Of a stretch of DNA of 64,000 nucleotides, positions 19,689-28,846 are shown piece by piece. Position 1 is the stretch's first letter; each line of letters begins with the position of its first letter. Below the pieces are notes generated by a model. The model searched no databases. It worked only from the letters and a program-made list of their open reading frames with translations, and was not told the origin of the DNA. The position numbers and the translations under genes were made by a program. Source of the DNA: Pseudomonadota bacterium (GTDB lineage Bacteria; Pseudomonadota; Gammaproteobacteria; Pseudomonadales; Halomonadaceae); contig JBNJIT010000004.1 of NCBI GenBank assembly GCA_051749645.1, forward strand, positions 89,158 through 153,157. The letters run 5' to 3'.

Positions 19689-21749
19689 TCAGGGGGAGCC
19701 GGCAAGGCGGCGCTGGGAAAGTTCCGCGTAGTCGGCGAGGATCTCGGCCGCTTCAAGAACCTGGGCTCGATCCACGGGCTCGTCGTCCCGATCGTCCTCG
19801 TCGCCGTCCCGGGCGTCGGCCCACTCTTCCAGAGGCTCTAGTCCGAGCGCCTCCCGTCGCTGGTTTTCCAGGGCGAGCTGCTCGGCTTCCTGCTGTTCCA
19901 CTTCGCGCTGACGCTGCTCACGGTCGAGGCTCACGCTGGTGCGCTCCTCACGCATGTGGTCGGCCAGCTCGGCACGCTGTTCCAGGTAGACGAAGTTGGG
20001 GTGGGTGTCGGCGCGGCGTTCATGCCGGTTGCGCAGGGTTTCGAGGTACTCCCAGGGTTCGCCGTAGGTGCGATACTGCACTTCGCGGACGGTGTCCCAC
20101 TCCAGAGCGTTATCGAGGCTGCTCTCGCCGATCCGCTCCGGGTCGATGAGGTTGGGGAAGAGAATGTCAGGTTCCACTCCGCGGTGCTGGGTGCTCTCCC
20201 CGGAAATACGGTAGAACTTGGCGCGCGTGAGCTTGATTTGCCCGTGACTGAGGTCGCTCAAGGTCTGCACGGTACCCTTGCCGAAGGTGGCGTTGCCTAG
20301 CACCAGGCCACGGCCATAGTCCTGGACGGCGCCAGCGAAGATCTCCGAGGCGGAGGCCGACAGGCGGTTGACTAGCACGGCCAGAGGGCCGTCGTAGAGC
20401 GCACCGCTTTCGGTGTCACCGTAGAGATTGATGCGTCCCCGAGCATCGCGGACCTGCACGGTGGGGCCGCGGTCGATGAACAGTCCGAGCAGCGAGTTGG
20501 CTTCCTGCAGCGCGCCACCGCCGTTGTTGCGCAGGTCGAGCATCAGGCTGTCGATGCCTTCTTCCTGCAGGCGTTCGATCTCTCGGGCGACGTCGCGGGT
20601 AGTGCTGCGGTAGTCTTCCTCGCCGGCCTGCCAGGCATCGAAATCGACGTAGAAGGTGGGAATGGTGATCACGCCAACGCGGCGTACGCTGTCCTCGCGC
20701 TCGACTTCGATGACTTCGCCTTTGGCGGCCTGCTCCTCGAGATCCACGGTATCGCGCGTGATTTCGACTTCGTGAGAACGAGTCATGTCAACGGCTTCGG
20801 CCGGCACCACGTCGAGGCGGACGACGCTGCCCTTGGGGCCGCGGATTAGGTCGACGACCTCATCGAGGCGCATGCCCACCACGTTGATCATTTCGCCATC
20901 CTCCTGGCCCACGCCGACGATGCGGTCGGCTGGCTCCAGGGCGTCGGCGCGGTCGGCGGGGCCGCCTGGCACCAGGCTGGTGACCTTCACGTACTCACCA
21001 TCGGATTGCAGCATGGCACCGATGCCTTCCAGGGACAGACGCATCTGGATGTCGAAGGACTCGCCCTGCTGAGGCGAAAGATATTGGGTATGCGGGTCGA
21101 TGCTGCCGGTGACTGCGGCCATGAACAGGCCGAAGACGTCCTCGCCATTGGTCTGTTCCAGGCGTGTGAGCTGTCCTTCGTATCGCTGGCGCAGGTTGGC
21201 TTCGATTTCGTCGCGGGACTGGCCGCTGATGTCCAGCGTGAGCGCGGCATTCTTCAAGCGCTTGCGCCACAGCTCGTCCAGCTCTGCCTCGCTGGTGGCC
21301 CAGGCGGCATCGCTGCGGTCCGTCTCGAGCCGATCGTCGCTGTCGAAGGTGAGTGGCAACCCTTCGTCGATGCGTGCCAACAGCCAGTCGTAGCGAGTTT
21401 CGGCACGCTCGTGGTAGCGCCGATAGAGGGCGTAGGCTTCTGCCAGCTCGCCATCGAGGAGCATGTCGTCGAAGCGGGTTTCGAGATGCTCGAAGTCCGC
21501 GATATCGCTCTCGAGCAGAAAGGCGCGCTGGCCGTCGAGAATGTCCAGGTAGCGGTCGAAGGTGGTCTGCGACCATTCGTCGTCGAATTCGATATCGGCG
21601 TAGTGGCCATAGCGCAGGGATTCGGCGACTTCCACGGCGACCTGGCGATGGGCATCGCTGGGTTCTATCCGCGCCAGCGCCGAGGCGCTGACCAGCAGCA
21701 GCACCACCAGCAGGGTGGTTCTCCGCCGAAGGGCGACAAGCTGGCTCAT
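19689..21749 (-). CDS. prc: Carboxy-terminal processing (tail-specific) protease, S41
   Basis: DPHTQY, GIGA PDZ, DLRNNGGG, SASASEI, GKGTVQ motifs; start MSQLVAL at 21749. Confidence 0.93.
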   Translation of the reverse strand: MSQLVALRRRTTLLVVLLLVSASALARIEPSDAHRQVAVEVAESLRYGHYADIEFDDEWSQTTFDRYLDILDGQRAFLLESDIADFEHLETRFDDMLLDGELAEAYALYRRYHERAETRYDWLLARIDEGLPLTFDSDDRLETDRSDAAWATSEAELDELWRKRLKNAALTLDISGQSRDEIEANLRQRYEGQLTRLEQTNGEDVFGLFMAAVTGSIDPHTQYLSPQQGESFDIQMRLSLEGIGAMLQSDGEYVKVTSLVPGGPADRADALEPADRIVGVGQEDGEMINVVGMRLDEVVDLIRGPKGSVVRLDVVPAEAVDMTRSHEVEITRDTVDLEEQAAKGEVIEVEREDSVRRVGVITIPTFYVDFDAWQAGEEDYRSTTRDVAREIERLQEEGIDSLMLDLRNNGGGALQEANSLLGLFIDRGPTVQVRDARGRINLYGDTESGALYDGPLAVLVNRLSASASEIFAGAVQDYGRGLVLGNATFGKGTVQTLSDLSHGQIKLTRAKFYRISGESTQHRGVEPDILFPNLIDPERIGESSLDNALEWDTVREVQYRTYGEPWEYLETLRNRHERRADTHPNFVYLEQRAELADHMREERTSVSLDREQRQREVEQQEAEQLALENQRREALGLEPLEEWADARDGDEDDRDDEPVDRAQVLEAAEILADYAELSQRRLAGSP

Positions 21750-21877
21750 CAATGAAGCACTCCTGGTTTCGTGTACACTTCCTTCCCTAGACACGCACAA
21801 GGCGGACGAGTTGCGAAAGGCCGGTTCGGCATTGTAGCAGTTGTCCTGCCAACCACAGCCCCTGAAAGAGGATTCTC

Positions 21878-23176
21878 ATGTCTCGGGAAGCCCGACTGGA
21901 CCGCTTGTTCGACTTTTTGAAGCGCTCGCCCACTCCCTGGCATGCCGTGGCGGCCATGGCCGAGCGATTGGAGGACGCGGGCTATCGTCGTTTGTCGGAG
22001 TCCCAGCCCTGGCAGCTAACCCCGGGCGAGCGGGTCTACGTGACCCGCAACGACTCATCGATCATCGCCGTGCAGTTGCCCCACGGGGAGCTCGAATCAC
22101 TGCGCATGATCGGTGCACATACTGACAGCCCCGGGCTTCGCCTCAAGCCTCAGGCAGCGCAGCAGAGTGCCGGCTGGCTGCAACTGGGCGTGGAGGTCTA
22201 CGGCGGAGCCCTGCTGGCACCCTGGTTCGACCGCGACCTGGGGCTGGCCGGGCGGATGCACCTGCGCCATGCCGACGGTCACCTGGAAGGTGTGCTGCTC
22301 GACGTCGATAGGCCGGTGGCGATCATCCCCAGTCTGGCCATTCATCTCGATCGCGAGGCCAACAACGGCCGCTCGCTCAACGCTCAGACGCAAATGGCGC
22401 CGGTCTTCCTGCAGGGCGGGGAGGGCGCCGATCTCGAGCGCCTGCTGCGAGAGTGGCTCGATCTCCAGCATGGCATTCGCGATGCCGAGATTCTCGATTT
22501 CGAACTGGGATTCTATGATCTCCAGCCTCCGGCCCGGGTCGGGGTAAACGGCGAGCTGATCGCCAGCGCTTGCCTCGACAACCTGCTCTCCTGCTTCATC
22601 GGCCTCGAGGCACTGCTGGAGAGTGACGGTAGTCAGGGTGCCCTGCTGGTGGCCAACGATCACGAGGAGGTGGGCAGTGCCAGTGCCTGCGGTGCCCAAG
22701 GCCCTTTCCTGGGCGATGTGCTGCGCCGCATCAACGCTCAGTTGGGCGAGGTCGGCGACGAGGGCTATATCCGCCTGGTCCAGGCGTCGCGGCTGATCTC
22801 CTGCGACAATGCCCACGCCCTGCATCCCAACTTTCTCGACAAGCACGATGCCGCTCACGGGCCGTCACTCAATGGCGGGCCGGTGATCAAGGTCAATGCC
22901 AGCCAGCGCTACGCCACCAACAGTGCGACCGGTGCGCTGTTCCGCGATCTGTGCCGCGAGGCCGGCGTGCCGGTACAGACTTTCGTGACTCGCGCCGACA
23001 TGGCCTGCGGCAGCACCATCGGCCCCATCACTGCCACGGAGATCGGCGTGCCGACCCTGGATGTGGGCGTGCCGCAGTGGGCCATGCACTCGGTTCGCGA
23101 GACGGCGGGTAGCGCCGACGTGGAGCATCTGACCCGTGCGCTGACAGCCTTCGTCAATCGCTCGGTGCTGCCCTGA
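21878..23176 (+). CDS. M18-family aminopeptidase (aspartyl aminopeptidase-like)
   Basis: GAHTDSPG, LDNL, DHEEVGS, SCDNAHALHPN, CGSTIGP and AMHSVRE motifs. Confidence 0.92.
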   Translation: MSREARLDRLFDFLKRSPTPWHAVAAMAERLEDAGYRRLSESQPWQLTPGERVYVTRNDSSIIAVQLPHGELESLRMIGAHTDSPGLRLKPQAAQQSAGWLQLGVEVYGGALLAPWFDRDLGLAGRMHLRHADGHLEGVLLDVDRPVAIIPSLAIHLDREANNGRSLNAQTQMAPVFLQGGEGADLERLLREWLDLQHGIRDAEILDFELGFYDLQPPARVGVNGELIASACLDNLLSCFIGLEALLESDGSQGALLVANDHEEVGSASACGAQGPFLGDVLRRINAQLGEVGDEGYIRLVQASRLISCDNAHALHPNFLDKHDAAHGPSLNGGPVIKVNASQRYATNSATGALFRDLCREAGVPVQTFVTRADMACGSTIGPITATEIGVPTLDVGVPQWAMHSVRETAGSADVEHLTRALTAFVNRSVLP

Positions 23177-23184
23177 TGCCAGGC

Positions 23185-23261
23185 GGCGAACCACGGGCGT
23201 TGGGCTTCGAGTTTCGCGCCACGAGATACGAGCCTCGAGCCACGGGTTTCGAGGGGCGAGT
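23185..23261. repeat. Run of 11 in-register degenerate heptamers (consensus NNCGRGY)
   Basis: GGCGAAC CACGGGC GTTGGGC TTCGAGT TTCGCGC CACGAGA TACGAGC CTCGAGC CACGGGT TTCGAGG GGCGAGT. Confidence 0.7.
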
Positions 23262-23272
23262 TAGACTATGGC

Positions 23273-23335
23273 CCGCAGCCCGCAGCCCGCAGCCCGCAGC
23301 CCGCAGCCCGCAGCCCGCAGCCCGCAGCCCGCAGC
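23273..23335. repeat. Perfect tandem heptamer (CCGCAGC)x9
   Basis: Counted directly; reverse complement of the unit at 725-808. Confidence 0.97.
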
Positions 23336-23337
23336 CC

Positions 23338-23369
23338 AAAAAGCCCGCCTGGGGAACAGGCGGGCTTTT
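23338..23369. terminator. Bidirectional Rho-independent terminator
   Basis: AAAAA-GCCCGCCTG-N5-CAGGCGGGC-TTTT. Confidence 0.88.
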
Positions 23370-23381
23370 CGGCATCCGATC

Positions 23382-23458
23382 TGGTGGCTACGCCCTGACT
23401 CGAACAGGGGACCCCATCATTATGAGTGATGTGCTCTAACCAACTGAGCTACGTAGCC
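23382..23458 (-). tRNA. tRNA-Met (CAT), elongator; identical to 16001-16077
   Basis: Exact reverse complement over 77 nt; own promoter TTGACC-N17-TAGACT at 23502-23474. Confidence 0.97.
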
Positions 23459-23521
23459 GCACAACGGGGGCGAAGTCTACGGATTTATCCGGCGCTGGTC
23501 AAGCACTTGGCGAGGCAGTGC

Positions 23522-24613
23522 TCAGACGTTGAAGCGGAAGTGGATGACGTCTCCATCCTGGACGATGTACTCCTTGCCCTCCAGACGCCACTTGCCGGCG
23601 TCCTTGGCGCCCTGTTCGCCACCGAGCGTGACGAAGTCGTCGTAGGCCACCACCTCGGCGCGAATGAAGCCCTTCTGGAAGTCGGTGTGGATCACGCCAG
23701 CGGCCTCCGGGGCGGTGGCACCGACCTTGACCGTCCAGGCGCGCACCTCTTTCTCGCCGGCGGTGAAGTAGGTCTGCAGGCCGAGCAGAGCATAGCCGGC
23801 ACGGATCACCCGGTCGAGACCGGGCTCCTCCATGCCCATCTCGTCGAGGAACATGGCACGCTCCTCGTCGTCGAGCTCGGCGATTTCGGCCTCGATCTGG
23901 TTGCACACCGGCACCACCACGGCGCCTTCCTCGGCGGCGATCTCACGGACCACCTTGAGGTAGGGGTTGTTCTCGAAGCCGTCTTCGTTGACGTTGGCGA
24001 TGTACATGGTGGGCTTGAGGGTCAGGAAGCCGAAGCTCTTGAGCTGTTTCTTCGCGTCGTCATCGAGGCCGAAACTGCGCAGTGGTTGCCCTTCGGCCAG
24101 GTGCGGCTGGACGCGGTCGAGGATCGCCTTGGTGGCAATGGCCTCCTTGTCGCCGCTCTTGACCACGCGGGTCAGGCGCTGGATGGCACGCTCCACGGTG
24201 TCGAGGTCGGCCAGAGCGAGCTCCAGATTGATGGTCTCGATGTCGGCCCGCGGATCGACCTGGTTGGCCACGTGGATGACGTTGTCGTTGTCGAAGCAGC
24301 GCACAACGTGGGCGATGGCTTGGGTCTCGCGGATGTTGGCCAGGAACTGGTTGCCCAGCCCCTCGCCCTTGGAAGCACCCGCCACCAGGCCGGCAATGTC
24401 GACGAACTCCATGGTGGTGGGGATCACCTTCTGCGGCTTCACGATCTCGGCGAGTCGGTCGAGACGCGGGTCGGGCATGGGTACGATGCCCACGTTCGGC
24501 TCGATGGTGCAGAAGGGAAAGTTCTCGGCGTCGATACCGGACTTGGTCAAGGCGTTGAAGAGGGTCGACTTGCCGACGTTGGGCAGGCCGACGATACCGC
24601 AGTTGAAACCCAT
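23522..24613 (-). CDS. ychF: Redox-regulated Obg-family ATPase
   Basis: [27 protein letters not shown] and [10 protein letters not shown] motifs. Confidence 0.98.
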   Translation of the reverse strand: MGFNCGIVGLPNVGKSTLFNALTKSGIDAENFPFCTIEPNVGIVPMPDPRLDRLAEIVKPQKVIPTTMEFVDIAGLVAGASKGEGLGNQFLANIRETQAIAHVVRCFDNDNVIHVANQVDPRADIETINLELALADLDTVERAIQRLTRVVKSGDKEAIATKAILDRVQPHLAEGQPLRSFGLDDDAKKQLKSFGFLTLKPTMYIANVNEDGFENNPYLKVVREIAAEEGAVVVPVCNQIEAEIAELDDEERAMFLDEMGMEEPGLDRVIRAGYALLGLQTYFTAGEKEVRAWTVKVGATAPEAAGVIHTDFQKGFIRAEVVAYDDFVTLGGEQGAKDAGKWRLEGKEYIVQDGDVIHFRFNV

Positions 24614-24671
24614 GGGATCGTCCTGGAAAGCGTGTTCGAAATTGGCGATTGGCCGGTATTCTACGCGACCG

Positions 24672-24747
24672 AGCTGTAAGCCATAAGCTGTAAGCTGTCA
24701 GAAACCCCATTCCGGCCAGCCGTGGGGTTACTTACAGCTTATGGCTT
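24672..24747. repeat. Heptamer-armed inverted repeat
   Basis: Perfect 17-bp arms AAGCCATAAGCTGTAAG (24678-24694) and CTTACAGCTTATGGCTT (24731-24747), built from TAAGCTG/TAAGCCA units. Confidence 0.8.
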
Positions 24748-24766
24748 CAAACTTTTGGCTGGCTTT

Positions 24767-25357
24767 TCAGCCGGAGGCTGAAAAGCTGTGCAGCCGGTTC
24801 ATGGCGCGGGCCCAGTCGTCGGCGATGGCCAGGGGCAGGGTGGTCTGGCACTCGTCGATGGCCGCGTCGATGGCGGCACGCTCGGCCTTGCCGGGACGGC
24901 CCAGTACGTAGTTCGTCACCTGACGGGCATCGCCCGGGTGGCCGATACCGATGCGCAGGCGGTGAAACGAGTTGTCATTGCCCAGCGCACGGATGATGTC
25001 GCGCAGGCCGTTGTGCCCGCCGTGGCCGCCGCCTCGTTTGTAGCGCGCCGCACCCGGAGGCAGGTCCAGTTCGTCGTGAGCGACCAGCAGCTCGTCCGGC
25101 GCGATCTTGAAGAACTGGGTCAGCGCCGCAACGGCGCCGCCGCTACGATTCATGAAGGTCGTGGGTTCGAGCAGGTGCAGCTCATGGCCATCGAGACGCA
25201 CCTTGGCATGCAACCCGAGGAACTTGCGTTCCGGACGGAGCTCGGTGCCGGCTGTGCGTGCCATGGCCTCGACCAGCCATGCGCCGGCATTGTGCCGAGT
25301 GGTGGCGTAGTCGGGGCCCGGATTGCCCAATCCGATGATCGCTTTGACCTGACTCAT
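24767..25357 (-). CDS. pth: Peptidyl-tRNA hydrolase
   Basis: GLGNPG, TRHNAG, PTTFMNRSG, HDELD and GHNGLRD motifs. Confidence 0.98.
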   Translation of the reverse strand: MSQVKAIIGLGNPGPDYATTRHNAGAWLVEAMARTAGTELRPERKFLGLHAKVRLDGHELHLLEPTTFMNRSGGAVAALTQFFKIAPDELLVAHDELDLPPGAARYKRGGGHGGHNGLRDIIRALGNDNSFHRLRIGIGHPGDARQVTNYVLGRPGKAERAAIDAAIDECQTTLPLAIADDWARAMNRLHSFSASG

Positions 25358-25444
25358 CGCTCAGACTCCCAACAAAAAAACAAGCGCCGAGGCGCTTGAA
25401 GTAAAGAGTGGGGCCACGCTAGGCGTGACCCCTGAGCGGCGGGG

Positions 25445-26095
25445 TTACTCGCCGCTCTCTTCGCCTTCCTCGCCCTCGGCGGCTTCGCCGTCCTCGGGTT
25501 CGCCGGCAGCGCGGGTCTTGGGCTTGGTGATGCTCAGCACGGCGTTGTCATGATCTTCGCCGTGGGAGAGCTCGACCAAGGTGACGCCGGCCGGCAGCTT
25601 GAGGTCGGAAAGGTGCAGGGTGCTGCCCAGCTCGACGTCGGCAATGTCGACCTCGAGGTAGTCGGGGAGATCCTTGGGCAGGCAGCTCACCTCGATGTCG
25701 TTGGAGAGCACGTGCAGTTCGCCGCCCTGATCCTTGATGCCGACGCACGTCTCTTCACCGATGACGTGCAGCGGAATGCGCAGGTTGATCGCGTGGGTGG
25801 CGTCCACGCGCAGGAAGTCGGCGTGAGTGACCAACGGCTTGTAGGGATGGCGCTGAAGGTCGCGCACCACGACCTGCTGAGGCTTGCCGTCCACCTGCAG
25901 TGTGATCACCGAGGAGAAGAAGGCTTCTTCCTCGAGTGCCTTGTAGAAGCTGGTCTTGTCGACGGCGATGGGTTGGGGTGCCTGCTCGCCACCATAGACG
26001 ATGGCCGGCACTTGTTCGTTCGCACGACGCAGGCGGCGGCTCGCACCTTTCCCCAGGTCGTTACGAACGCTGGCGTTGAGTGTGTAATCGGACAT
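25445..26095 (-). CDS. rplY: 50S ribosomal protein L25 / general stress protein Ctc (long form)
   Basis: [22 protein letters not shown] and HADF motifs, acidic tail. Confidence 0.96.
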   Translation of the reverse strand: MSDYTLNASVRNDLGKGASRRLRRANEQVPAIVYGGEQAPQPIAVDKTSFYKALEEEAFFSSVITLQVDGKPQQVVVRDLQRHPYKPLVTHADFLRVDATHAINLRIPLHVIGEETCVGIKDQGGELHVLSNDIEVSCLPKDLPDYLEVDIADVELGSTLHLSDLKLPAGVTLVELSHGEDHDNAVLSITKPKTRAAGEPEDGEAAEGEEGEESGE

Positions 26096-26214
26096 GGAAT
26101 TGCCTCTTTCTGGAGAATAAGGAAACGCTCGGACCCGCGACCAGATCCCAACGCTTCCGGTTGCCCGGGCGACATCGCCCGGGACCTACGTCACGCCGTT
26201 CGACCGAATGGGAT

Positions 26215-27156
26215 TCAGTGGAACATGGCGCTGACGGATTCTTCGTTGCTGACCCGACGGATCGCCTCGGCGATCAGGCCGGCCACGCTGAGCTGGCGGA
26301 TCTTGCCGCTGCGGCGAGCCGTGTCGGAGAGCGGAATGGTATCGGTGACGACGACCTCGTCGAGCACCGAGCCGGTGATGTTGTCCACGGCCGGGCCGGA
26401 GAGAATCGGGTGGGTGGCATAGGCGACCACGCGGCGAGCCCCGTGATCCTTCAGAGCGTCGCCGGCCTTGCACAGGGTGCCGGCGGTATCGATCATGTCG
26501 TCCACCACCACGCAGGTACGGTTCTCGACTTCGCCAATGATATGCATCACCTGGGCCTGGTTGGCCTGGGGGCGGCGCTTGTCGATGATGGCGAGGTCGG
26601 CGTTGAGCTGCTTGGCGATGGCACGGGCCCGTACCACGCCGCCCACGTCTGGTGACACTACCACCAGGTCGTCGTAGTTCTGGCGCTCGATGTCGTCGAG
26701 CAGAATCGGCGAGCCGTAGACGTTGTCCACCGGCACGTCGAAGAAGCCCTGGATCTGGTCGGCATGCAGATCCATGGTCATGACGCGGTCGATACCGGAC
26801 TTGACCATCATGTCGGCGACCACCTTGGCGGAAATCGGAACGCGGGCGGAGCGCACGCGGCGATCCTGGCGGGCATAACCGAAATAGGGCACCACGGCCG
26901 TGACCCGGGTGGCGGAGGCCCGGCGAAGGGCATCCGTCATCAGGATCAGTTCCATCAGATTATCGTTGGTCGGCGCACAGGTGGACTGCAGAATGAAGAT
27001 GTCCTTGCCGCGCACGTTCTCGTTGATTTCGACCGCGATTTCGCCGTCGCTGAATTGCCCGACCGTGGCATTGCCGAGACGAGTGTCCAGGCTCTCGGCA
27101 ACCTTCTGGGCGAGTTCGGGATTGGCGTTCCCGGCGAAAACCATCAATTTTGACAC
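26215..27156 (-). CDS. prs: Ribose-phosphate pyrophosphokinase
   Basis: GTG start [12 protein letters not shown]; [15 protein letters not shown] and DDMIDTAGT motifs. Confidence 0.98.
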   Translation of the reverse strand: MSKLMVFAGNANPELAQKVAESLDTRLGNATVGQFSDGEIAVEINENVRGKDIFILQSTCAPTNDNLMELILMTDALRRASATRVTAVVPYFGYARQDRRVRSARVPISAKVVADMMVKSGIDRVMTMDLHADQIQGFFDVPVDNVYGSPILLDDIERQNYDDLVVVSPDVGGVVRARAIAKQLNADLAIIDKRRPQANQAQVMHIIGEVENRTCVVVDDMIDTAGTLCKAGDALKDHGARRVVAYATHPILSGPAVDNITGSVLDEVVVTDTIPLSDTARRSGKIRQLSVAGLIAEAIRRVSNEESVSAMFH

Positions 27157-27218
27157 GCGCAGCCACCTTTGCTGTGTTGGGTCTTCAGGGATCGGGTCGA
27201 CGGTCGTCCGGGACGGAA

Positions 27219-27293
27219 TGGCTGGGGTAGGAGGATTCGAACCTCCGCATGGCGATACCAAAAACCGCTGCCTTACCGCTTGGCTATACCCCA
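27219..27293 (-). tRNA. tRNA-Gln (TTG)
   Basis: TGGGGTATAGCCAAGCGGTAAGGCA...TTTTGGT...CCCCAGCCA, 75 nt; canonical position between ispE and prs. Confidence 0.96.
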
Positions 27294-27354
27294 GCAATCG
27301 GCTCCGCACCGGGTCGGTTCAGCGCGCCGCCGCCATGGCGCTTTGCGACGGCGA

Positions 27355-28224
27355 TCATCGACCCAGCGCAGCATGAAGGGGTGAGCGATTCAGGCCTCGT
27401 GCCGCGAAGGCCATCCAGCGCTCCGGCATGTTGGCCAGCAGCCGCTGGGCCTCGTCTTCGCTCGTCAGAGTGGCGAAGACGCAGGCGCCGGTGCCGGTCA
27501 GCATGGCCGGTGCGCGCTCGCCAAGCCAGCTCAGCGCGTCAGCGACGGCCGGATAGAGTGCCTTGACGGTAGGCTCGCAGTCGTTGCGCCAGCCGGGCGC
27601 TCCCCCCTGCAGTGCGCGCGCCATGGTAATCGGGGGGGTGTCGCGTGTCAATTGTGAAGCCCCGAACACGGCCGGCGTGGCCACCGTGACGCTGGGGTGG
27701 ACGACCACGAACCAGGGCGTATCGAGCTCGACCGGCGTGAGTCGTTCGCCGATGCCTTCTCCCCAGGCAGCATGACCGCGCACGAAGACCGGCACGTCGG
27801 CACCCAGGGCGAGCCCGAGGTCGGCCAGTTCGTCCAGCTCGAAACCGAGGTTCCACAGGTGCTCAAGGCCGAGCAGTGCGGTGGCGGCGTTGGAGCTCCC
27901 ACCGCCCAGGCCGCCGCCCATGGGAAGGCGCTTGTCGAGGTGGATGTCGGCACCGAACCGCACGCGGCCGGCGGCCTGCAGCGCACGAGCGGCACGCACG
28001 ATGAGGTTGTCATCCATGGCAACGCCCGGCAGCGGTGGCGTGAGACGGATTTCGCCATCGCTTCGCCGGCGCAGGTGGAGCGTGTCGCCGTGGTCGAGGA
28101 ACTGAAAGAGTGTCTGCAGTTCGTGGTAGCCGTCGGCGCGGCGACCGACGATGTGCAGCAGGCGATTGAGCTTGGCCGGGGCGGGCAGCGCGAGCCACGC
28201 CGGGCCCGGCGTTGGCTCAGTCAT
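27355..28224 (-). CDS. ispE: 4-diphosphocytidyl-2-C-methyl-D-erythritol kinase
   Basis: PAKLN, GYHELQT, KRLPMGGGLGGGSSNAA and LTGTGAC motifs. Confidence 0.97.
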   Translation of the reverse strand: MTEPTPGPAWLALPAPAKLNRLLHIVGRRADGYHELQTLFQFLDHGDTLHLRRRSDGEIRLTPPLPGVAMDDNLIVRAARALQAAGRVRFGADIHLDKRLPMGGGLGGGSSNAATALLGLEHLWNLGFELDELADLGLALGADVPVFVRGHAAWGEGIGERLTPVELDTPWFVVVHPSVTVATPAVFGASQLTRDTPPITMARALQGGAPGWRNDCEPTVKALYPAVADALSWLGERAPAMLTGTGACVFATLTSEDEAQRLLANMPERWMAFAARGLNRSPLHAALGR

Positions 28225-28846
28225 CGTCGCTTTCCGGTCGCCATTCGTTGATCACCAATGTCACGCGCAGGTCGTCGTAGGTCATCACCAGGCGGCGCGG
28301 TAGCCACAGCGACTCCACCTGGGTCCAGTCGCGATAGTCGATCGTCCAGCCGTCCTGCTGCAGGTGGCGCGGGAAGCCCAGCGCGTCCGTTTCCAGCTGA
28401 TGGGGGCGCTCTTCGTCCGGCAGGCCGCGAACCCATTCGGCGAGCGCTTCGACGGGCAGCGACCAGCCGAGCTGTTCCTGCATCAGCGCTTGCGGTGTCT
28501 CGGCTTCGAAGCGGCCCTCGGCGGTGGTCATCGAGAAGCGGCCCTCGCGTCCTTCCAGGGTGTTGCGTCCGCTACCGAACGGACCGCTGATGAGCAGGCG
28601 GTAGTAGTGAGGGTACTGGCTCCAGTCGAGGTTGGCGCTGGTCGACTCCTCGGGGGTGCGAAGTCCGGCCTTGCCGATCAGGGACCAGGTATCGAACGCT
28701 TCGATGCGCGCCCGTTGCGCCTCCCAGTCACCGGGTTGGCGTTCGCCTTCCGGGGCATCCGGGCGACCCGCGCATCCAGCCAGCAGGGCCAGGGCGAGTG
28801 TGAGCAAGAGAAGTCGTGGGGTCGGCAGGAAAAAGGTCATGATCAT
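28217..28846 (-). CDS. lolB: Outer-membrane lipoprotein insertase
   Basis: Lipobox LAGC, LGWSLPV...WVRGLP, QDGWTIDY; synteny. Confidence 0.92.
   Translation of the reverse strand: MIMTFFLPTPRLLLLTLALALLAGCAGRPDAPEGERQPGDWEAQRARIEAFDTWSLIGKAGLRTPEESTSANLDWSQYPHYYRLLISGPFGSGRNTLEGREGRFSMTTAEGRFEAETPQALMQEQLGWSLPVEALAEWVRGLPDEERPHQLETDALGFPRHLQQDGWTIDYRDWTQVESLWLPRRLVMTYDDLRVTLVINEWRPESDDD

Noticed and set aside
26096-26214. L25 autoregulatory leader upstream of rplY
   Set aside because: A GGTCGC motif and a hairpin are present, but I cannot confirm the structure without a covariance-model search.
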